This document shows, piece by piece, positions 11,974-22,419 of a DNA stretch of 40,660 nt. Numbering within the stretch: position 1 is the stretch's first letter; each line of letters opens with the position of its first letter. The notes below the pieces were generated by a model. It saw only the letters and a list, made by a program, of their open reading frames with translations. It did not search any database and was not told the DNA's origin. Where the stretch lies: assembly GCA_003614675.1 (NCBI GenBank), contig ML002336.1:1-40660 (forward strand). Reading direction: 5' to 3'. This DNA comes from Dimargaris cristalligena (lineage: Eukaryota). Position numbers and translations under genes: made by a program.

Positions 11974-13053
11974 ATGCGTCTTCTCCTTGCCTCCGCTGTG
12001 CTCGCCTGTAGCCTGACTTCGTCCTCGGCTGATAATGTGTGCTGGTATCCCACCTGCATGGTGCGGCGCGCGGACCCGATTGCCAAACCGAATGCGCCCA
12101 GTGGCTCCAATGACCCATCTAACGATGCCGGGGCCGAGGATGATACCGAAAACGACCCGAACGCGACCGAAGATTCGCCCCAAGACGACAATGCTGAGGG
12201 TGATTCCGGCAGTAACGGCCCCGACGCCGAAGATGGTGCTGATGGTGGCGACCCGAGTGCGACGGAAGACTTGGCCGGTGACCCCAACGCCGAGGAGGAT
12301 ATGGAGGGCAGTGACCCTAATGCCGAGGAGGGTACGGACGGCAGTGATCCAAACGCAGCGGACGATTCGAACGGGTCCGAGTCCTCCCCCAGCAGTATGC
12401 CTCCCTTCGTGGTGAAGATCCTGGCCGCATTGGAAGGGGTCGGAAACGACATGGAAACCGCCCCCATGACCGACGAAGCCCCGGAAGCCGAAGCTGAGCC
12501 CACGGGCGGGGTCAAGGCCCGGGCTGTCGACGAGACCACATCGGCGGTTCGACCCGTTCCGTCCTTCCCGTTGGCCGGTTTGCCGGATGTTCTCGATTCC
12601 ATCAGTACCAGACCCCCGGCCGAGCGGGTGACGCTCACCTCGGTGGTCTCGGTTACTGCGCCGGCCTCCTCGGTGACCCTCACCGTGACCTCGGAACTCA
12701 GCCATACGATTGAGAAGGAGAAGACCACCACTTCCACGTTTACCGCAACCGCAACCAAAACCTCAACCTCGACCCGTACCCGGACGGTCACCCGAACCAA
12801 GACGACCACTTCCTCGGCATCGGAAACGTCTACTACCAGTACGAGTACGCTCACCTCGACCAGCCAGACCACCACTTCGTTGACCTCGACGTCCTTCCTC
12901 CGGTCGTCTACAACGACGGCCAGTCTCCCCTCCCACGTGACTAGCTCGGACATCGGGGCGGGTGGATCGATTGTGCACGGGTCGGGTGCGATGGGTGGTC
13001 ACCTGGGCCTCCTCGCCGTGCTCGGGTACTGGTTGGCTACTGTTGCTTGGTAA
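11974..13053 (+). CDS. Secreted, probably GPI-anchored cell-surface protein (acidic DPNA repeats, Ser/Thr-rich stalk)
   Basis: Hydrophobic signal peptide MRLLLASAVLACSLTSSSA, D/E-rich repeats, a long Thr/Ser tract, and a C-terminal small-residue omega region plus hydrophobic tail (SSDIGAGG...HLGLLAVLGYWLATVAW). ACC-ATG start context. Confidence 0.8.
   Translation: MRLLLASAVLACSLTSSSADNVCWYPTCMVRRADPIAKPNAPSGSNDPSNDAGAEDDTENDPNATEDSPQDDNAEGDSGSNGPDAEDGADGGDPSATEDLAGDPNAEEDMEGSDPNAEEGTDGSDPNAADDSNGSESSPSSMPPFVVKILAALEGVGNDMETAPMTDEAPEAEAEPTGGVKARAVDETTSAVRPVPSFPLAGLPDVLDSISTRPPAERVTLTSVVSVTAPASSVTLTVTSELSHTIEKEKTTTSTFTATATKTSTSTRTRTVTRTKTTTSSASETSTTSTSTLTSTSQTTTSLTSTSFLRSSTTTASLPSHVTSSDIGAGGSIVHGSGAMGGHLGLLAVLGYWLATVAW
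12112..12366 (+). repeat. Degenerate coding tandem repeat D-P-(N/S)-A-(T/E/A)-E-D
   Basis: DPNATED, DPSATED, DPNAEED, DPNAEEG and DPNAADD units in the translated ORF. Confidence 0.75.
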
Positions 13054-14985
13054 CAGGGGAAATTACATTGCCAATACGGATGAATCGGCCTTCAATTAGG
13101 CGACCGAGTATCCCGTGCAGGATACTCCCCGAATAGAGCCCCCCGTCACCGAGTCTAGGGAACGGTGCGCTTGCCATGCCCCCACCGGTCTATTTATTTA
13201 TTTATTTTTATAACCATTGTTGTTTTTTATCGTTTTTTATTACCGATTTTCTTTCAGTAACTTGATGTGCCCTCCCCTTCCTCCTACTTTACTTCCTTTT
13301 TTATTTCACTTGCTTGAATGGCATGGGCCCTGACTCGGAGCCAACCACCCAGAGAGGATTTTATCAATCACCTACAATAAATCGAGGAGCACATTGGCAC
13401 CATTATCAAGAGCGGACGTTGCACAAGCTGCCCTATTTTGGCCTATCCGCCAATGGTAGTGGCGACTCTTTTACCCCGTTGAATGGCCGCGCCCTTGCGT
13501 TCGATGCCAACGGGTTCAGCCTGATTTTAATGGAGCCTGGAGCGGTCGCCTTCGAATAATACTTGATAAACGACCAGTGACTATTGCAGCGGTATAGGGC
13601 GGCTAGAGAAGTCCAATACTTCGCTTTTATTACATCGGATAGACTGAAGCGTAGGGGAGAGTGGTGGCTAGCCGGGTCATTCTTGAGCGAGAAGAAGTCG
13701 CTCCCCATCGGCACAGTTGGTAAAGTCACACAAACCCCGGAACAGCCAGTGCCACGGGTAATTCGAGAGGGCGTCCATTGGCCGCTTCGGCTGACGACTG
13801 GCTTTAATGACCCACGGTCGCCCCTCTGCCGTTGGGGGGTTAAGGGTGCGAATTATACAACCTGCTCCGCAAATAGCATTGGGAAGCGGAAGCCAACCTT
13901 CAGTTCCACTGGTTTGCATTAACCCTTGTTGACTCAATCGATTCTAGACGGTGCGAATAATACATTGGCTGCCTCTGCCGATTAATTTCGCATTAAGTGG
14001 TGTTTTGACTAAGCTAGATAGACTACTGCTACTAGAATATCCACGGACTATAAAAAAGTGGCCGATTATCTAAGTCCGTCTCACATTTTGATCCCGGTTT
14101 AAACAACGGTAAGTTTAACATGTTAATACATCGCTGCGGGGACGTAAGTCAGTCTACGATTCGACTCTACTACGCTAAACAGCTGTCCGTTGATTCTCGC
14201 ATGCTTCGCTATCCTGCCTTGTCCTCACATATCCTCTTCCCATTTGGGTGGCGCTGCCAGGGCGAGAGCACTGAATATACGGGGTAAGGCAGGAATTGCT
14301 ATAACACTATACGCTTCAAAGGTCCCTCTCTTCTCTGTTCTCTGGCATCCGTGCCTACCACCAGAAGGCCAGGAAAGCCCCTGCTTAAAGTGCCCTGCCG
14401 AAACCACTTGGACATATATCTATAATCTCTTGCTTTACTATCCTTCTCTATCTTTAGTGTGCCTTGGTGCTGTTGAACCCTTTGAGCCTTTTTTTTTTCT
14501 ATGGTGCTGTGCTGCTCGCTGGGCTATGGTATCGCTGTTTCTACTGGCCCGAACGTTGCTCAACGTATTGCCCACCGGCTGCTGTACGACTCTCCGCTGT
14601 GTGGCCGGTGTGTTTCAGTTCCTCCCCGAATGGCAGAGCGGCTCTCTTAGGAGCTTCGCGGCCACCGGATAAGAGATCCCCTATTGTATGTTTTTGGTCC
14701 GGTTGCTCATTGGCTAGGCCCAATAATGTTAATATTTTTTTTTGACCTTGACTTGTATATAACTTTGCCGCCGCATGCCTTCTTAGACCACCCCGTCATT
14801 TGCCAACTTTCGCAGTCCCTTTGGTCGGAATCTCTACTTTTCAAACAGTCCAGCCCGCCCCCTATATCGCTGGGCCACACCGCCCCAAACTATTCGGCCC
14901 ACCAAGTTCTTCTCCCACCGTGGTCTTTCTAAAGCACCAGGGATATATCTTTTTCTATACTAATTAGCTACTCCTCAGATACCAA

Positions 14986-16563
14986 ATGGGCGAAATCTCT
15001 CTACCAGCGGCCCAGGCCATTGTCTACAGTACCCTGGCGGTGTTTCTGGGGATTGGACTGTATGGTGGGCGCCGCACCGGCAACAGTAAAAGCGATTTTC
15101 TAGGGACCGGCCAGACCCAGGGCGCCTTACCCCTGGGTCTCAATTTCCTGGCCACCAGTGTGGGCACGTGGATCCTATTCTCCCTGCCCGAGATCGCCAC
15201 CATCGCCGGTCTCATGGGCGTTTTCGCCTACTCCATCGCCTGCGTGCTCCCTCTCCTGGTGTTTGCTTATCTAGGCCCGATTATCCGGCGCCAAAACCCC
15301 GACGGCTTCAGCCTGGTGGCCTTTATATTGACCCGTTTCGGCCGGGGTCTGCATGTGATGTACTGTTTGGTCATTATTGTGTATATGGCCCTATTCCTCA
15401 CGAGCGAGTTCACCGGTATTGGCAGTATCTTGGCCCTACTGGCCGATATCGAAAGCCCCGTTCCGGTCGTGGTTATTGCCGTGGTCACTACTATTTACAC
15501 CGCCTACGGTGGGCTCCAATCCTCCATTTTTACCGACGCCATCCAGGCCGCTCTATCCGCCGTCATGATCGTGCTCGCCGGTATCACCATCGCTACTTCC
15601 GTACGGTTCGATTCCCAAGCCGTACAGGATTCGGGCCTCCTGAACTCCACCAAACTGGGCTGGGAACTCATGTACATTATGCCCGCCGCCGTTACCTTCG
15701 CCAACATGTACCACCAGGGCTTTTGGCAGCGTACGTTCGCCGCTCGCGACGACCGAACTTTGCTCAACAGTTCCATCATTGGGTCGGTCACCACGCTGCC
15801 CGTCCTCATTCTAATCGGCGTCACGGGTCTCATTGCCGTCTGGGCCGGGACGTGGAAGGAGCCGCAGCCCGGCTATAACGCCTTCTTCACTCTCTTCAAG
15901 GTGCTTCCCACCTGGGTCGTGGGCCTCACCATCATTCTCTCCGTGTCCCTGGTCTGCTGCAGTATCGACACCCTCCAGTGCGCCCTGGTTTCCTCCGTTT
16001 CGGAACTCTTCCAAAACCGGCTATCCATTTGGTGGTGCCGTGTCATTACCGTCACTATCAACGCCCCCACGCTCTATCTTTCCCTGGCCCAAATCGATAT
16101 CCTGCAGCTATTCCTGGTGGCCGATCTCCTGGCCTGCGCGACTATTTTGCCGGTAGTGCTGGGTCTCGTCCCGCAATCCCGCCGGTACTTCCGCGGCTGG
16201 GAGGCCCTCTGCGGCTCTATTGGTGGCTTGTTGAGCGTGATCGCCTTCGGGGCCTTATACTACGGAAACATCGAGGCGGGAATCAAACTCCTGTACTTGT
16301 CCGACGGTCTCTACGTGGACGACGAGTCGGTTTTGGGCGCTTTTTTGGTCGCCCCCAGTGGATCCATTCTTACCACGGTAATCGCCTGTGCTATTCGGAT
16401 GGGTTTTACCCGCTTCGTTCTTAAGAGAGACCCGTACTATGCTGTTCCTGCCATGCCGGTACACCGCGAGCCTCCGCTGGACGACCTGCAATCCACTGAC
16501 ACAGCTTCCATGACCAGCATCGATTCGAAGTCCAAGAAGCGTAGTTCGGTGACTGTCCAGTAA
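14986..16563 (+). CDS. Sodium:solute symporter (SSS/SLC5-6-like) family transporter, Dur3/Dur31-like (urea/polyamine?)
   Basis: 525 aa, roughly 13 hydrophobic segments. SSS motifs YTAYGGLQSSIFTDAIQA, QGFWQRTFAA, and SLVAFILTRFG. Intronless. Substrate is not determinable from sequence. Confidence 0.85.
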   Translation: MGEISLPAAQAIVYSTLAVFLGIGLYGGRRTGNSKSDFLGTGQTQGALPLGLNFLATSVGTWILFSLPEIATIAGLMGVFAYSIACVLPLLVFAYLGPIIRRQNPDGFSLVAFILTRFGRGLHVMYCLVIIVYMALFLTSEFTGIGSILALLADIESPVPVVVIAVVTTIYTAYGGLQSSIFTDAIQAALSAVMIVLAGITIATSVRFDSQAVQDSGLLNSTKLGWELMYIMPAAVTFANMYHQGFWQRTFAARDDRTLLNSSIIGSVTTLPVLILIGVTGLIAVWAGTWKEPQPGYNAFFTLFKVLPTWVVGLTIILSVSLVCCSIDTLQCALVSSVSELFQNRLSIWWCRVITVTINAPTLYLSLAQIDILQLFLVADLLACATILPVVLGLVPQSRRYFRGWEALCGSIGGLLSVIAFGALYYGNIEAGIKLLYLSDGLYVDDESVLGAFLVAPSGSILTTVIACAIRMGFTRFVLKRDPYYAVPAMPVHREPPLDDLQSTDTASMTSIDSKSKKRSSVTVQ

Positions 16564-18690
16564 TCCCCTACCCACTTCCTCTCTAGTCTACTCCGAATTT
16601 ACTGAATTTAATATACATATAGATATAGATATAGATATCGTCACTAATTGTTTAATGACATTGGCGTTGTGTTGGAAAGAGTTATACTTCACATGCTAGT
16701 CGCGATCGTTCCTATTGTCAGAGAAAATCAGCGTGACCCACGGGACTCCACTCCTATTTGTAAATTAGATACTTACTCAATATTATATTTTGTAGTAATA
16801 CTTCACGATGACCGCAGAAACAGTACACAAGTCAACCCCTTGGTTTCAGAAGCCCAGTGTCACGCCAGTGCCTTGTATTAGGTCATTAATGGCTGGTTCA
16901 AGCTAGTGGACCAACCATTACTGGGCCACTAATGATTATAATTACACGTGGCAGAGTCTGAATGCAATGATATTAACGTCAAAGTGACACAGTTGGGTAC
17001 TTTGAAGGACACAATCTCTAACAGTATATATAAAAACACCGCAGTGCTGGGGCCTAAAAAAAGAGAGGGTATACATGAGTATGTGCAAAAATATGCTGGG
17101 ACATTATCCATTGGCTCCTCAAGGGGCTCTGGTGGGATACTTATATTGACCTTGGATAACAGAAATGAGTGGTCTTAACATGGTGCCAATGTAGGTTTTG
17201 ACCAACCTTTAGAGTTACCACCGCTGCCACTCATGCAGGGTCTAAATCCATATACCGAAGATTCAACAGAATATTGGAGAACAAGGCTGTCAAAGCCACC
17301 CTTAGCTATATAATGTGGGAGAAGTTCATCCAAGCTGTATAACGAAAAATTCATTAGATTCGGCCAATATTACTAGTTAAAAATACATTTCCCATATATT
17401 TTCCCATACACGTATAATGTAAACCCTTATATAGCTGGGCCGAATTTTACCCATGTCTTTGGAGTCGTCGCTAAGCAATTAGTCATTGTGGCCTGAAGCT
17501 CTACCACCGATCCTGGAGTCCTAGTCGTACCGATGATTGCCGCATGCAACAGTCAGTATCCCTACAAATTAGGAGTAACTGTATCTTTTTGGCCCTCTTA
17601 TTGACATTTTCGTAAGTCAATCTTTTTCCTATATATTATTTTTGCCGTATTGCTGCATTTGATCGGCTTAAGATCCTAATGTGATTTACGTTCTTCATTT
17701 AGTTGTGAGAGTGACTTAATCTACCCATCTACAAGATCGTACTAACCCGCCAAAGGTTCGTTATCTTCAGTGTCGGCAACGAATAGTCACCCGACTTGAC
17801 TTGCCTATAGTATTCAAAAATATACAATGCGATAGTCGTGCCTATTCTTTCAAAAAACCAGGGCCTATTTCTGCAAGCCGTGGGGCGCTGAAAAGAGATG
17901 TAAGCAAAATAATAGAACTAATTAACGACTTAGACCATTTACTATCGTACGGTGAATGGTTTTAGTCTTTATATTCCAACGGGTGCTCTATGCATTAAAT
18001 GAATCATCCCTATTACAGTAAATCAAAATCTACCATAAATCCACAGTGACTGGCGAAAGATGATACCAATGGTAATCAATAATGACCGGCCCCAGAAACA
18101 CACACCTCTCAGCCAACGATCCGCACTTAAATTCGGCCGAAAATCTCAGCAGGCTGATTACCCGACAGAGGGATGGGGTAGAATGGAATAGGGGATGGGC
18201 CATTAGCCTTCCCATTTTCTGTTAACGTCCATTTCTAGGACTGATTTACGGACGAAATAATGCAGTAATATTATCCTTGCACCTCCCCTTCTCCAAACAA
18301 TCCTAGACACCAAGTTGCCAAGAGTTCCCTCTGAAGTAATATATAGGCCGTCGAGCCCGGCAACCCCCCCCTAAAGCTACCCCTACCTCTCTTAATCCAA
18401 TTAATTTTATGTGAATCCCCATTTATAATTACGTATCTCTAATATTTAATTTGTTGCCTAGTTATTACTTTAGTCTATCGATTTCTTTTTTAAGTAACTA
18501 TACATCGTGATTACTCTTTATAGTGGCCATAGTCTCGCCAGTCCGGCGAGGCCGATATTCCGCTCTTACAAATCGCAAGATTCCGCTTTTAGCTCTTTAT
18601 TAGGCCATTGGAGAGATGCATATATTTTTGTGTCCCAACTGCCCCTATCACTAATCAATCCACGTTGCACACTCCCTTAAATTGCCCCTA

Positions 18691-21456
18691 ATGGCTAGGA
18701 AGGGTCTAATTTGGCCCTCCTTGGGTTGCATTATATACTTCTGCTCGCATGTCCTAACATCCCCCAGTACGTCCACAACGGTACCCAACTATTACATAGT
18801 CAACCTCGAGGGTACCCCGGGTTCGACCGAGGCGCAAACAAGTTACCTTGGCATGGTCAACAAACTCCAGTCGCTCGGAATATCGTACACCAGCACCCAC
18901 AATTTCACCGAGCTCATCAACGCCGCCAGTTTCTACTTGGAAGACCAATATGTCGACGCGATTACTTCTTTGCCCATGGTCAGTGCCATTTGGCCAATGC
19001 GTCTCACCAGTTTAGATAGAACCCCCCTCTCGGCCAATAGTGCCACTAATCAAACCGCCTCCTCCCTAACCCGGCCCCCGCGTGCACTATTGGAGCACTA
19101 CTACACGGGTGTAAACTTCGCCCACCAAGCCCCCTATAATCTCACCGGCCGTGACATCAAAGTCGGTGTTATCGATTCGGGAATAGACTACCACCACCCG
19201 GCTTTTGGTTCATGCTATAAAACGCCCGGTTGCCGCATCCAATATGGCTACGATTTTGTGGGCGACCAATTTAACGGCACCAATGTCCTTCAACCCGACG
19301 ACGATCCGCTGGATACATGCAACGGGCACGGCACTACCGTGACCGGTATATTAGCTGGTTATGACAGCGGTACGGACGGTGAAGAGACGTATAAAGGGGT
19401 GGCCCCGGATGCGATACTGGGTATTTATCGGGCGCTGGGCTGTTCCGGATTGACCAACAGCGTGGCATTGATTCGGGCGATTGAGCAAGCGTACGTCGAC
19501 GGTATGCAAATCATCAATATTTCGGTGGCCACGGCCAGTGGGTGGGATGCATGGTCAGAGGCCAAAGTGGTCCAGGAATTCAGCAACCGGGGCCGTATTG
19601 TCGTTTCAGCCGCCGGTAACAGCGGTCTGGATAACATGTGGAGCGTGTCGTCGCCGTCGATTGCGCTAGGGTGTATATCGGTAGGGTCGGCTGAAATGCC
19701 GCGCCATTATTCCTATTATTTGGATATTCAACCCGAGTCTTCGTCAAACGCCTCCCATTCCGATGGCCAAAACAATACGGTCCAGGTCCAACGGAGTGAT
19801 TGGCAAGCCCAGTTACCACCACTCAATCTCCAGAATGTGGCCCTGGTACGGGGTCTGAATGACGAGGGTGACGACTTCGCCTGCACCAGCCTACCTTCAC
19901 TTACCGATAAAGCTATCTTGGTCCAGAGGGGCACTTGTAGTTACAACGTCAAAGCCAAAAACGCCCAAGCCGCCGGAGGGGTCCTCCTTATCATCTACAA
20001 CAACGAGCCGGGAACAATGGCCGACATGGATTTGAATAATACTATCACTATACCGGCCGTCTCCATCTACCAAGTCGACGGTTTGGTTCTTGTCCAAAAC
20101 CTGACCACCTCCGAATACTCTAGTGACCCGCCGACCTTGTCAGTGTCGACCAATCCCATCGATGTGGCCGTATTTGACAATTATTTACCGAATTCGGTAT
20201 CCTGGTTTTCATCCTGGGGACCGGCTGCCGGAAACCACCTCAAACCCAATCTGGTGGCCCCGGGTAGTAAAATCTATTCGCCCCGCCCGCTCAATTTAGG
20301 CACGTACGATTTGGCTTCGGGCACCTCCATGTCTTCCCCCTACGTTGCAGGAGTCGCCGCCCTCCTATTGCAGCAAATGAGTGCCATCTCTGTCAGTAGT
20401 GGGGATGATTCGAACTACACCGACGTGTTCGCCCGTATTGTCCACACTGCTGATGTGATTCGAATGGCCCAAAACGGGACGGCTCTGTCCGTTGCCCAAC
20501 AGGGCAACGGGGTCATCAATGCTTTGAGGGCTCTTCAGACTGCTGAACTATTTGACCAGCTGAGCTTGAACGCCGGCTTCCGGAACCAGTCTCTCTCCTC
20601 TTCATCCGATTCAGAGTGGTCATACTCCGTGAGCGTGTGCCATACCGACCAGTCCGCGCCTTCCACAACTTACCAAATAGAGTACATTTCCGCTCTTTCA
20701 GTGACAGCGTTCGACGACGACAATGTTTTGCTTCCAATTCCTTTTCCGGGTGCTAGCCAACCGACGATTGGCTTCGACCTAGAAAACACTACCAAGGGGA
20801 TTACGGTGGAGAGTGGACAGTCCTGTACCGGCCTGACTTTCTCTGTGGATATATCCAATCTCCCGTCCGATCATTTCTGGCTCTACAGTGGCTATATCCA
20901 TGTCTATTCCTCCACCAACCTGACCAACGACTCGCCGTTTGGGCTGCCCAATCCCCTAGCGGGCCCTGTTAGCAGCATCACCCTCCCACTCCAGGGCTTC
21001 AGTATCGCTTTAGACGACCTGCCTATGTTTTCCAACCTCCCCGCCGACCAGCCCCAACTCGTCCACCCCGACACAAATGACCCAGTAACTCCGGGAACCG
21101 CCTTTTCTTTCCAAAACTTGGATCGACCGGTCATTCAGCTGCGCGTCCAAATCCCCCTCTACCGCATTCGCATTCGGATTGCTAAGCCCGAAACCCCCAA
21201 TCACCCGTCATTTACGGCCACCGAAAACCAGCTCACTTACCTCAAGAAAATTGTGGACGGGACGGGGGGCGGCACGTACAAGTATACATGGAATGGATCG
21301 GTGTATACGTTTTTGAATCCGGAGAAGGTGTTTGCGTTGTTTGATCGGGAATGGGTACTGCAGTTGCTGTTTACTTCCGATGGGGCGGAGGGGGCCCCGG
21401 AAAAGTATTGGTATTCGCCAACTTTTAAGACGAACAGGGGGATAACAAATTCATAA
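18691..21456 (+). CDS. Secreted subtilisin-like serine protease (S8A) with I9-like propeptide, PA domain and C-terminal beta-rich extension
   Basis: First ATG at 18691 followed by a signal-like segment. Catalytic motifs VGVIDSGIDYHHPAFG, NGHGTTVTGILAG, SAAGNSG, SGTSMSSPYVAG. PA-like ILVQRGTCSYNVKAKNAQAAG. Paralog of the gene at 1-1891. Confidence 0.93.
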   Translation: MARKGLIWPSLGCIIYFCSHVLTSPSTSTTVPNYYIVNLEGTPGSTEAQTSYLGMVNKLQSLGISYTSTHNFTELINAASFYLEDQYVDAITSLPMVSAIWPMRLTSLDRTPLSANSATNQTASSLTRPPRALLEHYYTGVNFAHQAPYNLTGRDIKVGVIDSGIDYHHPAFGSCYKTPGCRIQYGYDFVGDQFNGTNVLQPDDDPLDTCNGHGTTVTGILAGYDSGTDGEETYKGVAPDAILGIYRALGCSGLTNSVALIRAIEQAYVDGMQIINISVATASGWDAWSEAKVVQEFSNRGRIVVSAAGNSGLDNMWSVSSPSIALGCISVGSAEMPRHYSYYLDIQPESSSNASHSDGQNNTVQVQRSDWQAQLPPLNLQNVALVRGLNDEGDDFACTSLPSLTDKAILVQRGTCSYNVKAKNAQAAGGVLLIIYNNEPGTMADMDLNNTITIPAVSIYQVDGLVLVQNLTTSEYSSDPPTLSVSTNPIDVAVFDNYLPNSVSWFSSWGPAAGNHLKPNLVAPGSKIYSPRPLNLGTYDLASGTSMSSPYVAGVAALLLQQMSAISVSSGDDSNYTDVFARIVHTADVIRMAQNGTALSVAQQGNGVINALRALQTAELFDQLSLNAGFRNQSLSSSSDSEWSYSVSVCHTDQSAPSTTYQIEYISALSVTAFDDDNVLLPIPFPGASQPTIGFDLENTTKGITVESGQSCTGLTFSVDISNLPSDHFWLYSGYIHVYSSTNLTNDSPFGLPNPLAGPVSSITLPLQGFSIALDDLPMFSNLPADQPQLVHPDTNDPVTPGTAFSFQNLDRPVIQLRVQIPLYRIRIRIAKPETPNHPSFTATENQLTYLKKIVDGTGGGTYKYTWNGSVYTFLNPEKVFALFDREWVLQLLFTSDGAEGAPEKYWYSPTFKTNRGITNS

Positions 21457-21558
21457 ACTATTTTCCGCAGGAATACATGTTAAGTTGTACGAGGAGTACT
21501 GGAGGGATTGGTTTTTCCCGAAATATCCGTTTTGAAGTAATGCAATACTATAATTAAG

Positions 21559-22419
21559 TTACATTAAGTTCCAATTGCCTTTTGTGAGGGGAGTGAATTT
21601 AAAAGCAGTTGGCACTCTTTATAAGAAGGCGCTGTCCTTGCCTGTGGGATTCCCAAATTCCTCTAGACAACTATTACATGGCAACCTCGGGCTTGACATT
21701 TTAATGACTATCATGTGTGATAGTCCCACTGAAAGAACCAGGCTCCTTGGTTTATTGGCTGAAGCTTGAACTGTGACTATTAATTATTTAGCAACGACTT
21801 GGACAATGCTCTTCAATTGCGTGTGGTTAGCAACCCTGTTTTCTAATATCCCACCAAGGCTCCATGAGGAAATTGCGGTCTATATCACAATTTCATTATG
21901 TACACTTCTATACGTTCTCATTTCTTCGGTGCATGGCGCACGGGTATTTAAATATATGGTGTCAGAGAGCACTTCCGCCAGAGTACCTCGCTCTAACTCT
22001 ATTTCCCCTATGACTATATCCAGACAACTGCTTAACCAATACCATCTCAACAAAATAATCTCGTGTGGAATCCAATATTCTCTTTGTGGTGGTTTCCATT
22101 GCCAGTCTACTGAGTATCCCCCACTCATTTCCCTCCGTATAGCATTGTCGAAAGACCCCACGGTCATTAACTGCAACCTATAAATAGGGAATTTTGTGTG
22201 TTTTAGTAAGCATCCCATGTGGGTTAATGCAGCACTTGAGTAGCTAACCCCAGCAACAAAAATATCGACTATAAGGCCAGTTGTTCTCCAGGAAAGATAA
22301 ATACATAAAGGGAAAGTATAACCATACAACATATATGAATTAGCTGGTGACTTTGGGGAATACCTACTGGAATAGGTAAACCTGGACACAGTATCTTTTC
22401 CAACTGGTAGTGGGTGCAA
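21559..22419 (-). pseudogene. Decayed coding relic of unknown family
   Basis: The 21880-22419 ORF frame continues past stops at 21880-82 (TAG), 21784-86 (TAA) and 21619-21 (TAA) with protein-like sequence (TAISSWSLGGILENRVANHTQLKSIVQVVAK*LIVTVQASANKPRSLVLSVGLSHMIVIKMSSPRLPCNSCLEEFGNP...) to a TAA at 21559. No recognisable family. Confidence 0.4.

Noticed and set aside
11949-12953. 334-aa and 246-aa minus-strand ORFs
   Set aside because: Antisense to the GC-rich low-complexity surface protein. The Val-rich translation mirrors Thr/Asp codons.
14986-16563. Intronless SSS transporter as a horizontal transfer
   Set aside because: Several native genes here are also intronless, codon usage matches the neighbours, and the family is known in fungi. 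A phylogeny would be needed.
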